Source: a virus
Length of the DNA: 39,868 nt
UHGV virus genome: UHGV-0231053
Strand: one strand, 5' to 3'
Shown here in pieces: positions 1-8,716 of this stretch (position 1 is its first letter; every line of letters starts with the position of its first letter). The notes beneath the pieces were generated by a model that was given only the letters and a program-made list of their open reading frames with translations, was not told the DNA's origin and ran no database searches. The position numbers and the translations under genes are program-made.

Positions 1-97
1 CGCTGAAAAGACAAGCAAAAACACTTATGAAACCATGTGCGCGGAGTCCGAGGCCGCCTATGCCGCACGGAATCCCCACAAGAAGAAGGAGGACTAA
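1..97 (+). CDS. C-terminal end of the DUF2213 head protease/scaffold protein (continuation of 38769..39868)
   Basis: Frame 2 reads AEKTSKNTYETMCAESEAAYAARNPHKKKED* (TAA 95-97); terminal GC plus base 1 C gives an in-frame GCC codon. Confidence 0.85.
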   Translation, partial: AEKTSKNTYETMCAESEAAYAARNPHKKKED

Positions 98-99
98 TC

Positions 100-636
100 A
101 TGGCACTGAATCCCCAGGTGATCGGCACCAGTATGCCCCACGGCTTTGCTGGTTGCTATGCGCGTCAGCCGGACATGATCGTCGAGACCCGCCCCTGCGG
201 CGGCAATGACAAGATCGTGTTCGGAACCCCTGTGAAGTACGATGCGAACGGCAATGTGGTAGCATTTGCCGGAACCGGTACCACCGCCGCGCAGTTTGCC
301 GGTGTGGCTGCCGCGGAGATCAAGAGCGCTCTGACCTATCTGGACCCGGGCAACGGACAGTTTGCTCCCGGCGAGGCGGTGGGTGTGTTCCAGCGGGGCA
401 GCATCAATGTGAAGTGTTACGGCACCACAGCCCCCAAGCTGGGCGGCGCGGTGTATGTGCTGCTGAACACCACGGAGACCGCGGGGCTGTCCAACGTGCC
501 TGCCGGTTCTTTTACGGCGATGGAGGACGGCACCACAACCGCCAACACCGTGCAGCTGACAAATTGCCAGTGGGGCGGTCCCGCTGATGCAAACGGCGTG
601 GCTGAGCTGGTCATCCTGACCCGCGCCAACGCCTGA
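100..636 (+). CDS. Head decoration/cement protein
   Basis: AGGAGG RBS before ATG 100; MALNPQVIGTSMPHGFAG, Gly/Ala/Thr-rich; between scaffold and major capsid genes. Confidence 0.75.
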   Translation: MALNPQVIGTSMPHGFAGCYARQPDMIVETRPCGGNDKIVFGTPVKYDANGNVVAFAGTGTTAAQFAGVAAAEIKSALTYLDPGNGQFAPGEAVGVFQRGSINVKCYGTTAPKLGGAVYVLLNTTETAGLSNVPAGSFTAMEDGTTTANTVQLTNCQWGGPADANGVAELVILTRANA

Positions 637-651
637 AAGGAGGACTAACAC

Positions 652-1686
652 ATGAGCTTTACCAATGTTGGAACCACCAACGCCGGGGTGTTCACCGCCC
701 GGACCCAGGGCGCAGTGACCGGCGTGCCCACCATGGACGCAAACGGCATTCAGTCCGGAAACGCGTTCCTGGTCTCCGAGCTGGAGAAGCGGGACCCGCT
801 GATTCGCAAGCCCCTGACCAGCGTTACCTATCCCCGCGACATCGTGATCCAGTCCGGCGGCGGCTGGGTGGATTATGTGTCCGCCATGACGGTGGCCTAT
901 GGCATGACCGGAGGCGCGGGCGCATCTCCTGTGACAGCAGGCAGTGCCAACGGCATCCCCATCGTGCAGGCCAGTGTGGACAAGGGCGTGTTCAAGGCCC
1001 ACACCTTCGCGGCGGCCCTGCGGGTCATGTGGCAGGATATGCAGCGGGCCAACTACATCGGCCGGTCCCTGGACAATCTGCTGCAGGACGGCGTGCGAAT
1101 GTCCTATGACAAGCACGTGGATCAGAACACCTATACCGGAATCACTGAGTATGGCACCACGGGCCTTGTGAACAGCCCCCTGGCGACAGAGACCACCGCC
1201 GCAGCCACCGGCACCAGTTCCGGAACGGAGTGGAGCACCAAGACGCCCGATCAGATTCTGAACGACGTGAACACTGCCCTGCTGACGGTTTGGGCGGCCA
1301 ACGGCTACGACCTCTCCGCCATCCCCAACCACATCCTGCTGCCCTATGAGCAGTATAACTACATCATGACCACCAAGGTAACCGACCTGGCCACTGAGAC
1401 CATCTTCGACTTCCTGATGAAGAACAACGTGGCGGCCAAGAACGGCGGCGACCTGTTTATCGGCGCAACGGCCTGGTGTAAGGGTGCGGGCTCCGCCGAT
1501 GCAGACCGCATGGTGGTGTACGTGAACCACGAGCGGTTTGTGAAGGAGGACGAGCTGGTGCCCCTGAGCCGGATCATGTCTCAGCCCAATGTGGAAAACG
1601 TCTGCTACGACACCGCTTACATGGCGAACCTCTCTGAGGTGGAAATCTTCTATCCCACCTCCATCCTGTATGTGGACGGAATTTGA
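652..1686 (+). CDS. Major capsid protein (DUF2184 family, HK97 fold)
   Basis: 344 aa; AFLVSELEKRDP, GLVNSP and EIFYPTSILYVDGI C-terminus typical of DUF2184 capsids; strong RBS; synteny. Confidence 0.88.
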   Translation: MSFTNVGTTNAGVFTARTQGAVTGVPTMDANGIQSGNAFLVSELEKRDPLIRKPLTSVTYPRDIVIQSGGGWVDYVSAMTVAYGMTGGAGASPVTAGSANGIPIVQASVDKGVFKAHTFAAALRVMWQDMQRANYIGRSLDNLLQDGVRMSYDKHVDQNTYTGITEYGTTGLVNSPLATETTAAATGTSSGTEWSTKTPDQILNDVNTALLTVWAANGYDLSAIPNHILLPYEQYNYIMTTKVTDLATETIFDFLMKNNVAAKNGGDLFIGATAWCKGAGSADADRMVVYVNHERFVKEDELVPLSRIMSQPNVENVCYDTAYMANLSEVEIFYPTSILYVDGI

Positions 1687-1695
1687 GGTGGCTGT

Positions 1696-1932
1696 ATGTT
1701 TGTGCTGAGCAAACGGAACATCATTCTTCCCGCGCCGGATGGCTCCGCGGCTGTCCGGCTGCGGACGGGCATGATGGAGACCGTGCCGGACTGGGCGGCG
1801 GAAACGCCTTACTTTAAGGCGTTGGTGAGGGACGGGAAGATCGTGCCCTCCGGAACCTCCGACAGGGAGACCCAGACGGCGGCGGACAAGAAAGTCAAGA
1901 CCCGCCGGGGTAAGGAAGTAACGGAAGAGTGA
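1696..1932 (+). CDS. Small head-associated hypothetical protein
   Basis: 78 aa ORF with GAGGTGG RBS directly after the capsid gene. Confidence 0.7.
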   Translation: MFVLSKRNIILPAPDGSAAVRLRTGMMETVPDWAAETPYFKALVRDGKIVPSGTSDRETQTAADKKVKTRRGKEVTEE

Positions 1933-1942
1933 AAACAGGGCC

Positions 1943-2075
1943 TCCCGCCGGGCCGGGCGCCCAAGCCCGCAAAGCGGGTGCGCAAGCGGGCCCGGTGGGA
2001 AGACGACGAGCAAGGAAATGCAGGGAGTTTTCCCCGGCAGGGGGAAACAGACCGGAATGGACTTTGTGAGGAGGA
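1943..2075 (+). other. Structured intergenic element (two long hairpins)
   Basis: TCCCGCCGGGCC (1943-1954) pairs with GGCCCGGTGGGA (1989-2000); GTTTTCCCC-GGCA-GGGGGAAAC hairpin further on. Confidence 0.55.
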
Positions 2076-2085
2076 AGCTGCGGGT

Positions 2086-2571
2086 ATGTGGTGTTGGAAA
2101 CCTCAGTTTTTTGGTGTAAAGGCCGCTGCGGCCAATATCGCCTGCGGGCAGGGAAATTACACGGTGGAGGACTTCCGCACAGACTACCCGCAGTTTTTCA
2201 ACAAAGAGGGGGACTTCCTGGGCTCTCTCCCCATGCTGGAACAGATCATCCAGATGGCGAATGGGAGCATCCAGCCGGACCGGTGGCTGGACGGCTGGCG
2301 GTATGCCGTGGGGCTCTGCGTGGCCCACTACGTCACCTTGTCTCTGCGAGGCTACGCCGCCAGCAACGAAACACCGGAGCAGGCGGCGGCCTCCGGGGCA
2401 TTGGTGGGCGTGGTGAAGTCCGCCACTCTGGGCGACGCCTCCGTCACCTACGACACCGCCGCCATCACGGCGGGCACTGAGGACTGGGGCGACCTGAACT
2501 CCACTACCTACGGGCAGATTTTGGCAAACCGGGCGAAGCTGATCGGCATGGCGGGAAGCTATGTGATCTAG
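2086..2571 (+). CDS. Head-tail adaptor (DUF4054-like)
   Basis: FRTDYPQF, GLCVAHY, GDASVTYD, LNSTTYGQ motifs; GAGGAGG RBS; synteny. Confidence 0.8.
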   Translation: MWCWKPQFFGVKAAAANIACGQGNYTVEDFRTDYPQFFNKEGDFLGSLPMLEQIIQMANGSIQPDRWLDGWRYAVGLCVAHYVTLSLRGYAASNETPEQAAASGALVGVVKSATLGDASVTYDTAAITAGTEDWGDLNSTTYGQILANRAKLIGMAGSYVI

Positions 2572-2581
2572 GGGGTGTGGT

Positions 2582-2965
2582 ATGAACTGGCAGGATTGGT
2601 ACACCGACACCATGAGCGTTTACCGGGTGCGGGAGGTCCTGGACGGCAATTTGACCCGGCATGAGCGGGCGCTGGTGTCCGGAAACATCCCCTGCCGCAT
2701 CTACCAGAGCGACAACAGGATCGTTAACATGACCGAGACAGCGGCCAGCCTGAAGGAGTCCGACCACCTGGCCTGCGACATCTCTGTGGATGTGCGGGCC
2801 GGGGACGAGCTGGTGATTACCAGAGGCGGCAGGCTGGGAAAGCCGGGGCCGGTCATCCGGGCCTTTGCCGGGGAGCCGAATCTCTACTATGAGCCGTTCG
2901 GGGCCATCATCCCGGGGCTGGCCCATCAGGAAATCCGGCTGTTACAGCAGGAGCGTGTGACATGA
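2582..2965 (+). CDS. Head closure/stopper protein
   Basis: 127 aa, IPCRIY..DVRAGDELVI..HQEI pattern; synteny. Confidence 0.7.
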   Translation: MNWQDWYTDTMSVYRVREVLDGNLTRHERALVSGNIPCRIYQSDNRIVNMTETAASLKESDHLACDISVDVRAGDELVITRGGRLGKPGPVIRAFAGEPNLYYEPFGAIIPGLAHQEIRLLQQERVT

Positions 2966-3447
2966 CACTGGAAGAGCGGATTGCACAGCTGCGGGATGTG
3001 GAGGCGCGGTTTCCCGGGGAGCTGACCGCCGTTGCGAAGGGAGCCACCATCCGGGCCGTGGAAAAGGCCGCGGAGCTGACGCCGCCCACGCTGGACGATC
3101 TCTCCGGCACCAATACCCGGTCCGGTGGGATGAAACAGCACTGGGCGTCGGATTCCAAGGTGACCCCTGTCAAGCGCGGCAGGAGCTACGTAACGCATTT
3201 GAACAACGATAAGCAGTACGCCTCCTATGTCAACGACGGCCACCGGATGGACCGGCATTTCGTGCCGGGATTGGTCATCAACCCGGAGAGCGGGATGCTG
3301 GAGTACAACCAGGACGGAAAAGGCGGCATCGTGGTGGGCACGAAGACCCAGTATGTGGAGGGGCTGTTCATGGCAGAGGCGGCCCATGAGGAATACCATC
3401 GGGTAGTTCGTGCGGAAGCGGAACGGCTGCGGAGGATGCTGGAATGA
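2962..3447 (+). CDS. HK97 gp10-like neck protein
   Basis: TPP..RSGGMKQHW..YASYVNDGHR motifs. Confidence 0.8.
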   Translation: MTLEERIAQLRDVEARFPGELTAVAKGATIRAVEKAAELTPPTLDDLSGTNTRSGGMKQHWASDSKVTPVKRGRSYVTHLNNDKQYASYVNDGHRMDRHFVPGLVINPESGMLEYNQDGKGGIVVGTKTQYVEGLFMAEAAHEEYHRVVRAEAERLRRMLE

Positions 3448-3896
3448 ACTTCACGATTTCCACAATTGCAAAGAGTCTGGCGGACTATCTGGCCCCGTCG
3501 TTTCCCGGCGTGACCTTCTACGAGGACCCGAACCAGCAGGACAGTAAACCGCCGATGATGTTTTTGCAGCAGCGGTACGCCCACATCGAGCCCCGGCGGA
3601 ACAACGGGTATTATTTGCGGCGGATCGGGCTGGACCTGACGTATCTGGTGGACTACAACCTGCCCAACCTGCAGCAGATGTACCAGCAGGCGGCGGAGAC
3701 GCTGGACCTGCTGATGGAGACCTTTCCGTACTCCGACGAGACGGACGCTGCCCTGCTGCGGACCTGTGACCGGGAGTGGCGGATCGATCTGGATGCCCTC
3801 CACTACAAGTTCGAGCTGCGGGTGTGGGTCACCATTCCGGAGGACAGCGTGAAGATGGAGACCATGGACTACGACGAAAGGCTGAAAGATGGCTAA
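3444..3896 (+). CDS. Tail terminator/completion protein
   Basis: YEDPNQQ..PPMMF..LDLTY..DALHYKF; immediately before the sheath gene. Confidence 0.7.
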   Translation: MNFTISTIAKSLADYLAPSFPGVTFYEDPNQQDSKPPMMFLQQRYAHIEPRRNNGYYLRRIGLDLTYLVDYNLPNLQQMYQQAAETLDLLMETFPYSDETDAALLRTCDREWRIDLDALHYKFELRVWVTIPEDSVKMETMDYDERLKDG

Positions 3897-4044
3897 GAAA
3901 TACAGGCGGGAGGTCCTGCTGCGGGACCCCCGATTTGCAAGATACCAAAAGGACTTCCTGGGAGTGGTCCTTTCCAAATCCGAATACACCATAGCCGAGG
4001 CCGAAAAGGCGGTCAAGGCATTTTTCAAACAAAAAGGAGCGTGA
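3889..4044 (+). CDS. Small hypothetical protein (51 aa) before the sheath gene
   Basis: Manual translation MAKKYRREVLLRDPRFARYQKDFLGVVLSKSEYTIAEAEKAVKAFFKQKGA*; overlaps upstream gene and fills the gap. Confidence 0.7.
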   Translation: MAKKYRREVLLRDPRFARYQKDFLGVVLSKSEYTIAEAEKAVKAFFKQKGA

Positions 4045-4049
4045 TTTGT

Positions 4050-5387
4050 ATGGCTGGCGGCACCTGGCAGAGCCAGAACAAGATTCGGCCCGGCGTCTAC
4101 ATCCGGTTTACTTCCAACCGGGACCTGGGGCTGACGGTCAGCGACCGGGGCACGGTGGCGATTCCGGCGGCCCTCTCCTGGGGCCCGGTGGAGACGGTAC
4201 AGACCATTGCGGCCGGGGCGGACATGGTTCCGTACACGGGGTATGACATCACCGACCCCAAAAACAGGTTTCTGAACGAGATGTTCAAGGGCACCAACCG
4301 GACAGCGGCGCCCAACAAGGTCCTGTTGTACCGCCTGGGGGCGACGGGGCAGAAGCAGGCCACGGCGGAGATCGCTCCGCTGACAGCGACGGCCAGATAT
4401 CCCGGCGTCCGGGGCAATGACATCACGATTGTCATCACGGAACTAACAGACCCGGCGGACACCTTCACCGTCTCCACGGTGGTGGGCGGTGTGATCGAGG
4501 ACCAGCAGACGGCCAAGACCGTGGAGGACCTGAAGGCCAACGACTGGGTGACGTTCTCTGGAACCGGCGCCCTGGCGGCGAGCGTGGGCGCGCCCCTCAC
4601 CGGCGGCGCGGACGGCGCTCCGGCCTCCAGCGATTATACGGACTTCCTGACGGCCATTGAGCCGTACAAGTTCGATGTGCTGGCATACGATGGCTCGGAC
4701 TCTACTGTGGAGGATGCCTTCCAGGCATTCATCAAGCGGATCGCCGACGAGGAGGGCGCACAGTCCCAGCTGGTGGCGGCGGGCCTGACCAACCCGGACT
4801 CCCGGTACATCATCAACGTGAACTCCGGCGTGGTGCTCTCTGACGGAACCACCCTGACGCCCCAGCAGGTTGTCTGGTGGGCAGCGGGCGCCCAGGCCGG
4901 GACCCGGTACAACGAGTCTCTGACCTACGCCGCGTACCCCGGTGCGGTGGATGTGACGCCGAAGCGGACCAATTCCGGGTATGAGCAGGCTTTGCGGAAC
5001 GGGGAGTTCGTGCTGTTCGCGGACGACGGCGTGGTGAAGGTGGAGCAGGACATCAACTCTCTGGTGACCTATACCACGGACATCACCGAGCCCTACCACA
5101 AGAACCGGGTCATGCGGTTGCTGAACACCATCGCCAATGACATCTATGAGCAGTTCTCCGACGGGTTCATCGGCGTGGTGAACAACAACGAGGCGGGCCG
5201 GATGCAGTTCAAGAGCGCCATTGTAGGCTATCTGCTGGACATCCAGGCAAACAGCGGCATCCAGAACTTCGACGCGGAGGATGTGACCGTGGAGGCGGGC
5301 GAGGCCATCGACGCCATCGTGGTCAATCTGGCGATTCAGCCGGTGGATTCCGTGGAGAAGATTTACGTCACCATCTCGGTGAACTGA
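4050..5387 (+). CDS. Contractile tail sheath protein (XkdK-like)
   Basis: MAGGTWQSQNKIRPGVYIRF start, KNRVMRLL, IQPVDSVEKIYVTI end. Confidence 0.93.
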   Translation: MAGGTWQSQNKIRPGVYIRFTSNRDLGLTVSDRGTVAIPAALSWGPVETVQTIAAGADMVPYTGYDITDPKNRFLNEMFKGTNRTAAPNKVLLYRLGATGQKQATAEIAPLTATARYPGVRGNDITIVITELTDPADTFTVSTVVGGVIEDQQTAKTVEDLKANDWVTFSGTGALAASVGAPLTGGADGAPASSDYTDFLTAIEPYKFDVLAYDGSDSTVEDAFQAFIKRIADEEGAQSQLVAAGLTNPDSRYIINVNSGVVLSDGTTLTPQQVVWWAAGAQAGTRYNESLTYAAYPGAVDVTPKRTNSGYEQALRNGEFVLFADDGVVKVEQDINSLVTYTTDITEPYHKNRVMRLLNTIANDIYEQFSDGFIGVVNNNEAGRMQFKSAIVGYLLDIQANSGIQNFDAEDVTVEAGEAIDAIVVNLAIQPVDSVEKIYVTISVN

Positions 5388-5401
5388 GGGAGGTGTGATA
5401 C

Positions 5402-5875
5402 ATGGAGTATTTACTGGCAAAGGACACCCTGAACGGCGCGGAGGGGTCCATCGTCGTAACCCGTGACAGCAAAAACTATGTGGTGGCCGGGATGCGGAAC
5501 ATCACCACCAACGCCGAGATGCAGTCCAGCGACATGCGGGTGATCGGCACCCGGACCATTCAGGACAAGCCCAACGGCGCCAAGCTGACAGGCACCGGGA
5601 ACATCTACTACGGCACCAACCTGTGGACGGACATGGTGCTGGAGTACATCCAGACCGGCGTGATGCCGGAGTTCGACATCCAGATCACCAACCATGACCC
5701 CACCACGTCCGTGGGCGCTCAGGTGATGGCCTACTACGGCTGCCACCTGACCGGCACCATCCCGCTGAGCATTCTCAATGACGAGGAGTCCATGCTGAGC
5801 TACGACTTCAACTTCGCTTACACCCGGGTGGCCCGGCTGCAATCGTTCAACGACCCGGCACAGCTGGGGAACTAA
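5402..5875 (+). CDS. Tail tube protein (XkdM-like)
   Basis: DTLNGAEG..KLTGTGNIYY..FDIQITNHDPTTSVG; follows the sheath gene. Confidence 0.88.
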   Translation: MEYLLAKDTLNGAEGSIVVTRDSKNYVVAGMRNITTNAEMQSSDMRVIGTRTIQDKPNGAKLTGTGNIYYGTNLWTDMVLEYIQTGVMPEFDIQITNHDPTTSVGAQVMAYYGCHLTGTIPLSILNDEESMLSYDFNFAYTRVARLQSFNDPAQLGN

Positions 5876-5884
5876 GGAGGAAAC

Positions 5885-6295
5885 ATGAGCAATTTGTCTG
5901 CGTTCCTGCATCCCGTGACGGTGCAGGAAGAGAAGGAGATCGTCATTTCCAGACGGTTTTTGGATGAGGACGGCAACCCGGCCAAGTTCAAGATTCGGTC
6001 CATTACCCAGGACGAGGCGGACGCGCTGCTGAAGCAGTCCACCCGGACCGTGAAGAAGCGGGACGGCAGCCTGGAGCGGACGGTGGACGACCAGGACTTC
6101 AACCGGCGCTTGATCGTGGCGGCCACGCTGGTGCCGGACTTCCGGTCCACGGAGCTGTGCGGCGCCTATGGCGTCATGGACCCGCTGATGGTCCCCGGCA
6201 AGATGCTGTTTTCCGGGGAGTTCAGCAATCTTCTCCGGGAGATTCTGGACCTGTCCGGCCTTGGCGGTTCTGTGGAGGACGAGGCAAAAAACTGA
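5885..6295 (+). CDS. Tail assembly chaperone (XkdN-like)
   Basis: SRRFLDEDG..FKIRSITQ..LVPDF..LFSGEF..EAKN; between tube and tape measure genes. Confidence 0.88.
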   Translation: MSNLSAFLHPVTVQEEKEIVISRRFLDEDGNPAKFKIRSITQDEADALLKQSTRTVKKRDGSLERTVDDQDFNRRLIVAATLVPDFRSTELCGAYGVMDPLMVPGKMLFSGEFSNLLREILDLSGLGGSVEDEAKN

Positions 6296-6474
6296 TCGCC
6301 GGGGACGCCTGGGACGTTGACACGCTGGTGGCCTACTACTGCTTTGTCAACCTCGGGTGGGCCCCCGGTCAGTATGACGCTCTGCCCCGGCGGGAAAAGG
6401 CCCTGGTGCGGGTCTTTGCCCTGCGGAGCATGGAGGAGAACAAACAGCTGCAGGACAGCTTGAAAAAGAGGTGA
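6286..6474 (+). CDS. -1 frameshift extension of the tail chaperone (gpGT-like)
   Basis: Slippery A AAA AAC at 6286-6292 just before TGA; -1 frame open to 6474 (LIAGDAWDVDTLVAYYCFVNLGW...). Confidence 0.8.
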   Translation, partial: KKLIAGDAWDVDTLVAYYCFVNLGWAPGQYDALPRREKALVRVFALRSMEENKQLQDSLKKR

Positions 6475-6478
6475 GACC

Positions 6479-8341
6479 GTGGCGGTCATTGAAGATACTC
6501 TCCGATTAAATGATGAATATTCCCGAGTCATTCGGGACTACATCAACAATTTGAACCGTGCTGGGAATTCCGCACGAAACGGGGCCAATAGCAACCGCCT
6601 GTATGGCAACAGCGCGGCCAATGCCGCCCGGCAGACCTCCGGGCTGGTGAGTGAGCTGCGCAGTCTGGCGGGGGCGTATCTTGGCATTCAGGGCGTGCGG
6701 GCGCTGACGGGGCTTTCGGACTCCATGACGAGCATCACGGCCCGGCTGGACATGATGAACGACGGCTTGCAGACCACGGAGGAGCTGAACCGGATGATCT
6801 ATGAGTCCGCCCAGAGAGTTGGAGCGTCTTATCAGCAGACGGCTAGTTTTATTTCTAAAATCGGAATTTTGGCTGGAGACGCATTCCAGTCCTCAGAACA
6901 AACGGTTACATTCGCGGAGCAGCTCAATAAAATCATGGCTTTGTCCGGGACAACTTCAGCAGAAGCAAGCGGGGCTATCACTCAATTAACACAGGCGCTG
7001 GCTTCTGGAGTCCTGCGGGGCGATGAGCTGAACTCTGTTATGGAACAACTTCCTATGATTCAAAATGTAATTGCGGATTATATGGGAGTTTCCAAGGGAG
7101 CCATCAGGGATTTGGCGGCAGAAGGTTTGATTACTGCCGATGTTGTTAAGAATGCCGTGTTGAACGCGGCGGACTATATCAACGCTAAATTTGAGAATAT
7201 GCCGGTTACTTGGGGCAGAGTATGGAATCGTATGCAGAATGCAGCCATTTGGGCATTGCAGCCCGTTTTGAACGCGGTGAACTGGCTGGCGAACAATCTG
7301 TCCATCATCGGGCCGATTGTGGCTGGGCTGGCGGCGTCCTTTGTGGTGTTCCAGGTGGCGGCCCACTGGACGCAGATCGCGGCCGCGGCGGCGGGGGCCT
7401 ATCACGCTGTTGTGAGAGTTCTTACGATAGGGTTTGGCGTTTTGACTGGAAATGTAACAGCAGGCCGCGCAGCGGTTCTTGCATTCAACAGTGCCCTTTT
7501 GGCGTCCCCGATCACTTGGATCATCATGCTGGTGGGGGTACTGATCGGGCTGCTGTACGCAGGCGTGGCGGTCTTTAACAAAATCACGGGAGCAAGTGTT
7601 TCGGCAACTGGAATCATTGCTGGGTCGGTCCTATGGCTTGCGGCTACGATAGGGAACACCGTCATTGGACTTCTGAATGGGATTATTCAATCTATTTGGA
7701 CCCTCTTTGTGAGCCCGTTCCTCGGAACGATAGAGTGGGTACTCAATGCGGCGAACGGCGGATTTGATTCCTTCGGCGGCGCTGTGGCAAACCTGATTGG
7801 AAATATCGTGTCCTGGTTCTTGGACCTTGGGAAAGTTGTCACGACGATCATTGACGCCATTTTTGGGACAGACTGGACCGCTGGCCTTACATCTCTGCAG
7901 AACAGCGTTCTTCAATGGGGAAAAAACGAAAATGCCATTACATTGAACAGAACTGCGCCGACCATAAACTATCGCTTTGGGGCAAAAGATGCTTTTCAGA
8001 CCGGCTACAACTGGGGCAGCGATCTTTTTGACGGCGGCACATCGGAGCTGTTTGCCCAGTCCACGGCCTATGACAACATCGCCTCCATCGCCGGCAGCGT
8101 GAAGGGCATTGAGAAGTCCGTGAACATGAGCGAGGAGGACATCAGGGCTCTGGTGGACGTGGCGGAGCGGCGGTATGTGAACAACGTCAATCTGACGGCC
8201 CAGACGCCGGTCATCACCATCAACGGGGCCAACACCGGCCGCACGGCGGCGGACCGGCAGAACCTGGCAAACGCCATCCGGGACATCCTGATCGAGCAGG
8301 TGTCCTCCGGGGCTGCCAGGACCACGGCGCGGGCGTTTTGA
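6479..8341 (+). CDS. Tape measure protein
   Basis: QLTQALASGVLRGDELNSVMEQ tape-measure motif; Ala/Gly-rich hydrophobic segments; synteny. Confidence 0.93.
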   Translation: MAVIEDTLRLNDEYSRVIRDYINNLNRAGNSARNGANSNRLYGNSAANAARQTSGLVSELRSLAGAYLGIQGVRALTGLSDSMTSITARLDMMNDGLQTTEELNRMIYESAQRVGASYQQTASFISKIGILAGDAFQSSEQTVTFAEQLNKIMALSGTTSAEASGAITQLTQALASGVLRGDELNSVMEQLPMIQNVIADYMGVSKGAIRDLAAEGLITADVVKNAVLNAADYINAKFENMPVTWGRVWNRMQNAAIWALQPVLNAVNWLANNLSIIGPIVAGLAASFVVFQVAAHWTQIAAAAAGAYHAVVRVLTIGFGVLTGNVTAGRAAVLAFNSALLASPITWIIMLVGVLIGLLYAGVAVFNKITGASVSATGIIAGSVLWLAATIGNTVIGLLNGIIQSIWTLFVSPFLGTIEWVLNAANGGFDSFGGAVANLIGNIVSWFLDLGKVVTTIIDAIFGTDWTAGLTSLQNSVLQWGKNENAITLNRTAPTINYRFGAKDAFQTGYNWGSDLFDGGTSELFAQSTAYDNIASIAGSVKGIEKSVNMSEEDIRALVDVAERRYVNNVNLTAQTPVITINGANTGRTAADRQNLANAIRDILIEQVSSGAARTTARAF

Positions 8342-8371
8342 AAACAGAAAAGCGGCACCCTGCGGCACCGC
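8341..8371 (-). terminator. Intrinsic terminator of the antisense moron
   Basis: Minus strand GCGGTGCC-GCAG-GGTGCCGC followed by TTTTCTGTTTT. Confidence 0.7.
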
Positions 8372-8376
8372 GTTTC

Positions 8377-8655
8377 TCACTGGGCTTTTTTCAATTTGGC
8401 GATTTCCTCGCTGTGCAGCTTCAACACTGCGTCGTGGACTTCCAGTTTTTCTATGACCTTTTTGCGGTCATTGTCTTTTGGGATTTGGCCCACTTCTTCT
8501 TTCAAGTCTGAGAGCATTTCGGCCAGCATGTTGAATTTGGGCGTGACCTCATTTTCCATGACAACCTTCATCAGACCAGCCATTCGATCTTCGGACTCTT
8601 TGATCTTGGAATCCATCAGAGCGGCAATGGCTTGCAAATCCTTTTCATCAAGCAT
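8377..8655 (-). CDS. Moron-encoded 92-aa coiled-coil protein
   Basis: Opposite strand within the tail operon; own RBS (GGGGTGA), promoter and terminator; heptad-like charged helix. Confidence 0.8.
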   Translation of the reverse strand: MLDEKDLQAIAALMDSKIKESEDRMAGLMKVVMENEVTPKFNMLAEMLSDLKEEVGQIPKDNDRKKVIEKLEVHDAVLKLHSEEIAKLKKAQ

Positions 8656-8673
8656 TTCATCACCCCGCTACAC

Positions 8674-8703
8674 ATTATATCTGTTTGCGTCGGTGCCTGT
8701 CAA
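8674..8703 (-). promoter_or_regulatory. Sigma-A promoter of the moron
   Basis: Minus strand TTGACA-18 nt-TATAAT with both hexamers at consensus. Confidence 0.8.
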
Positions 8704-8716
8704 GAAAGGAGGGGCT

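Noticed and set aside
652..1686. Encapsulin shell rather than phage capsid
   Set aside because: Embedded in a full head module with portal, terminase, protease and connectors
94..2613. 839-aa minus-strand ORF (and similar long antisense ORFs such as 4443..5420, 9376..10395, 38832..39770)
   Set aside because: Shadow frames of GC3-rich structural genes; no RBS or recognisable motifs
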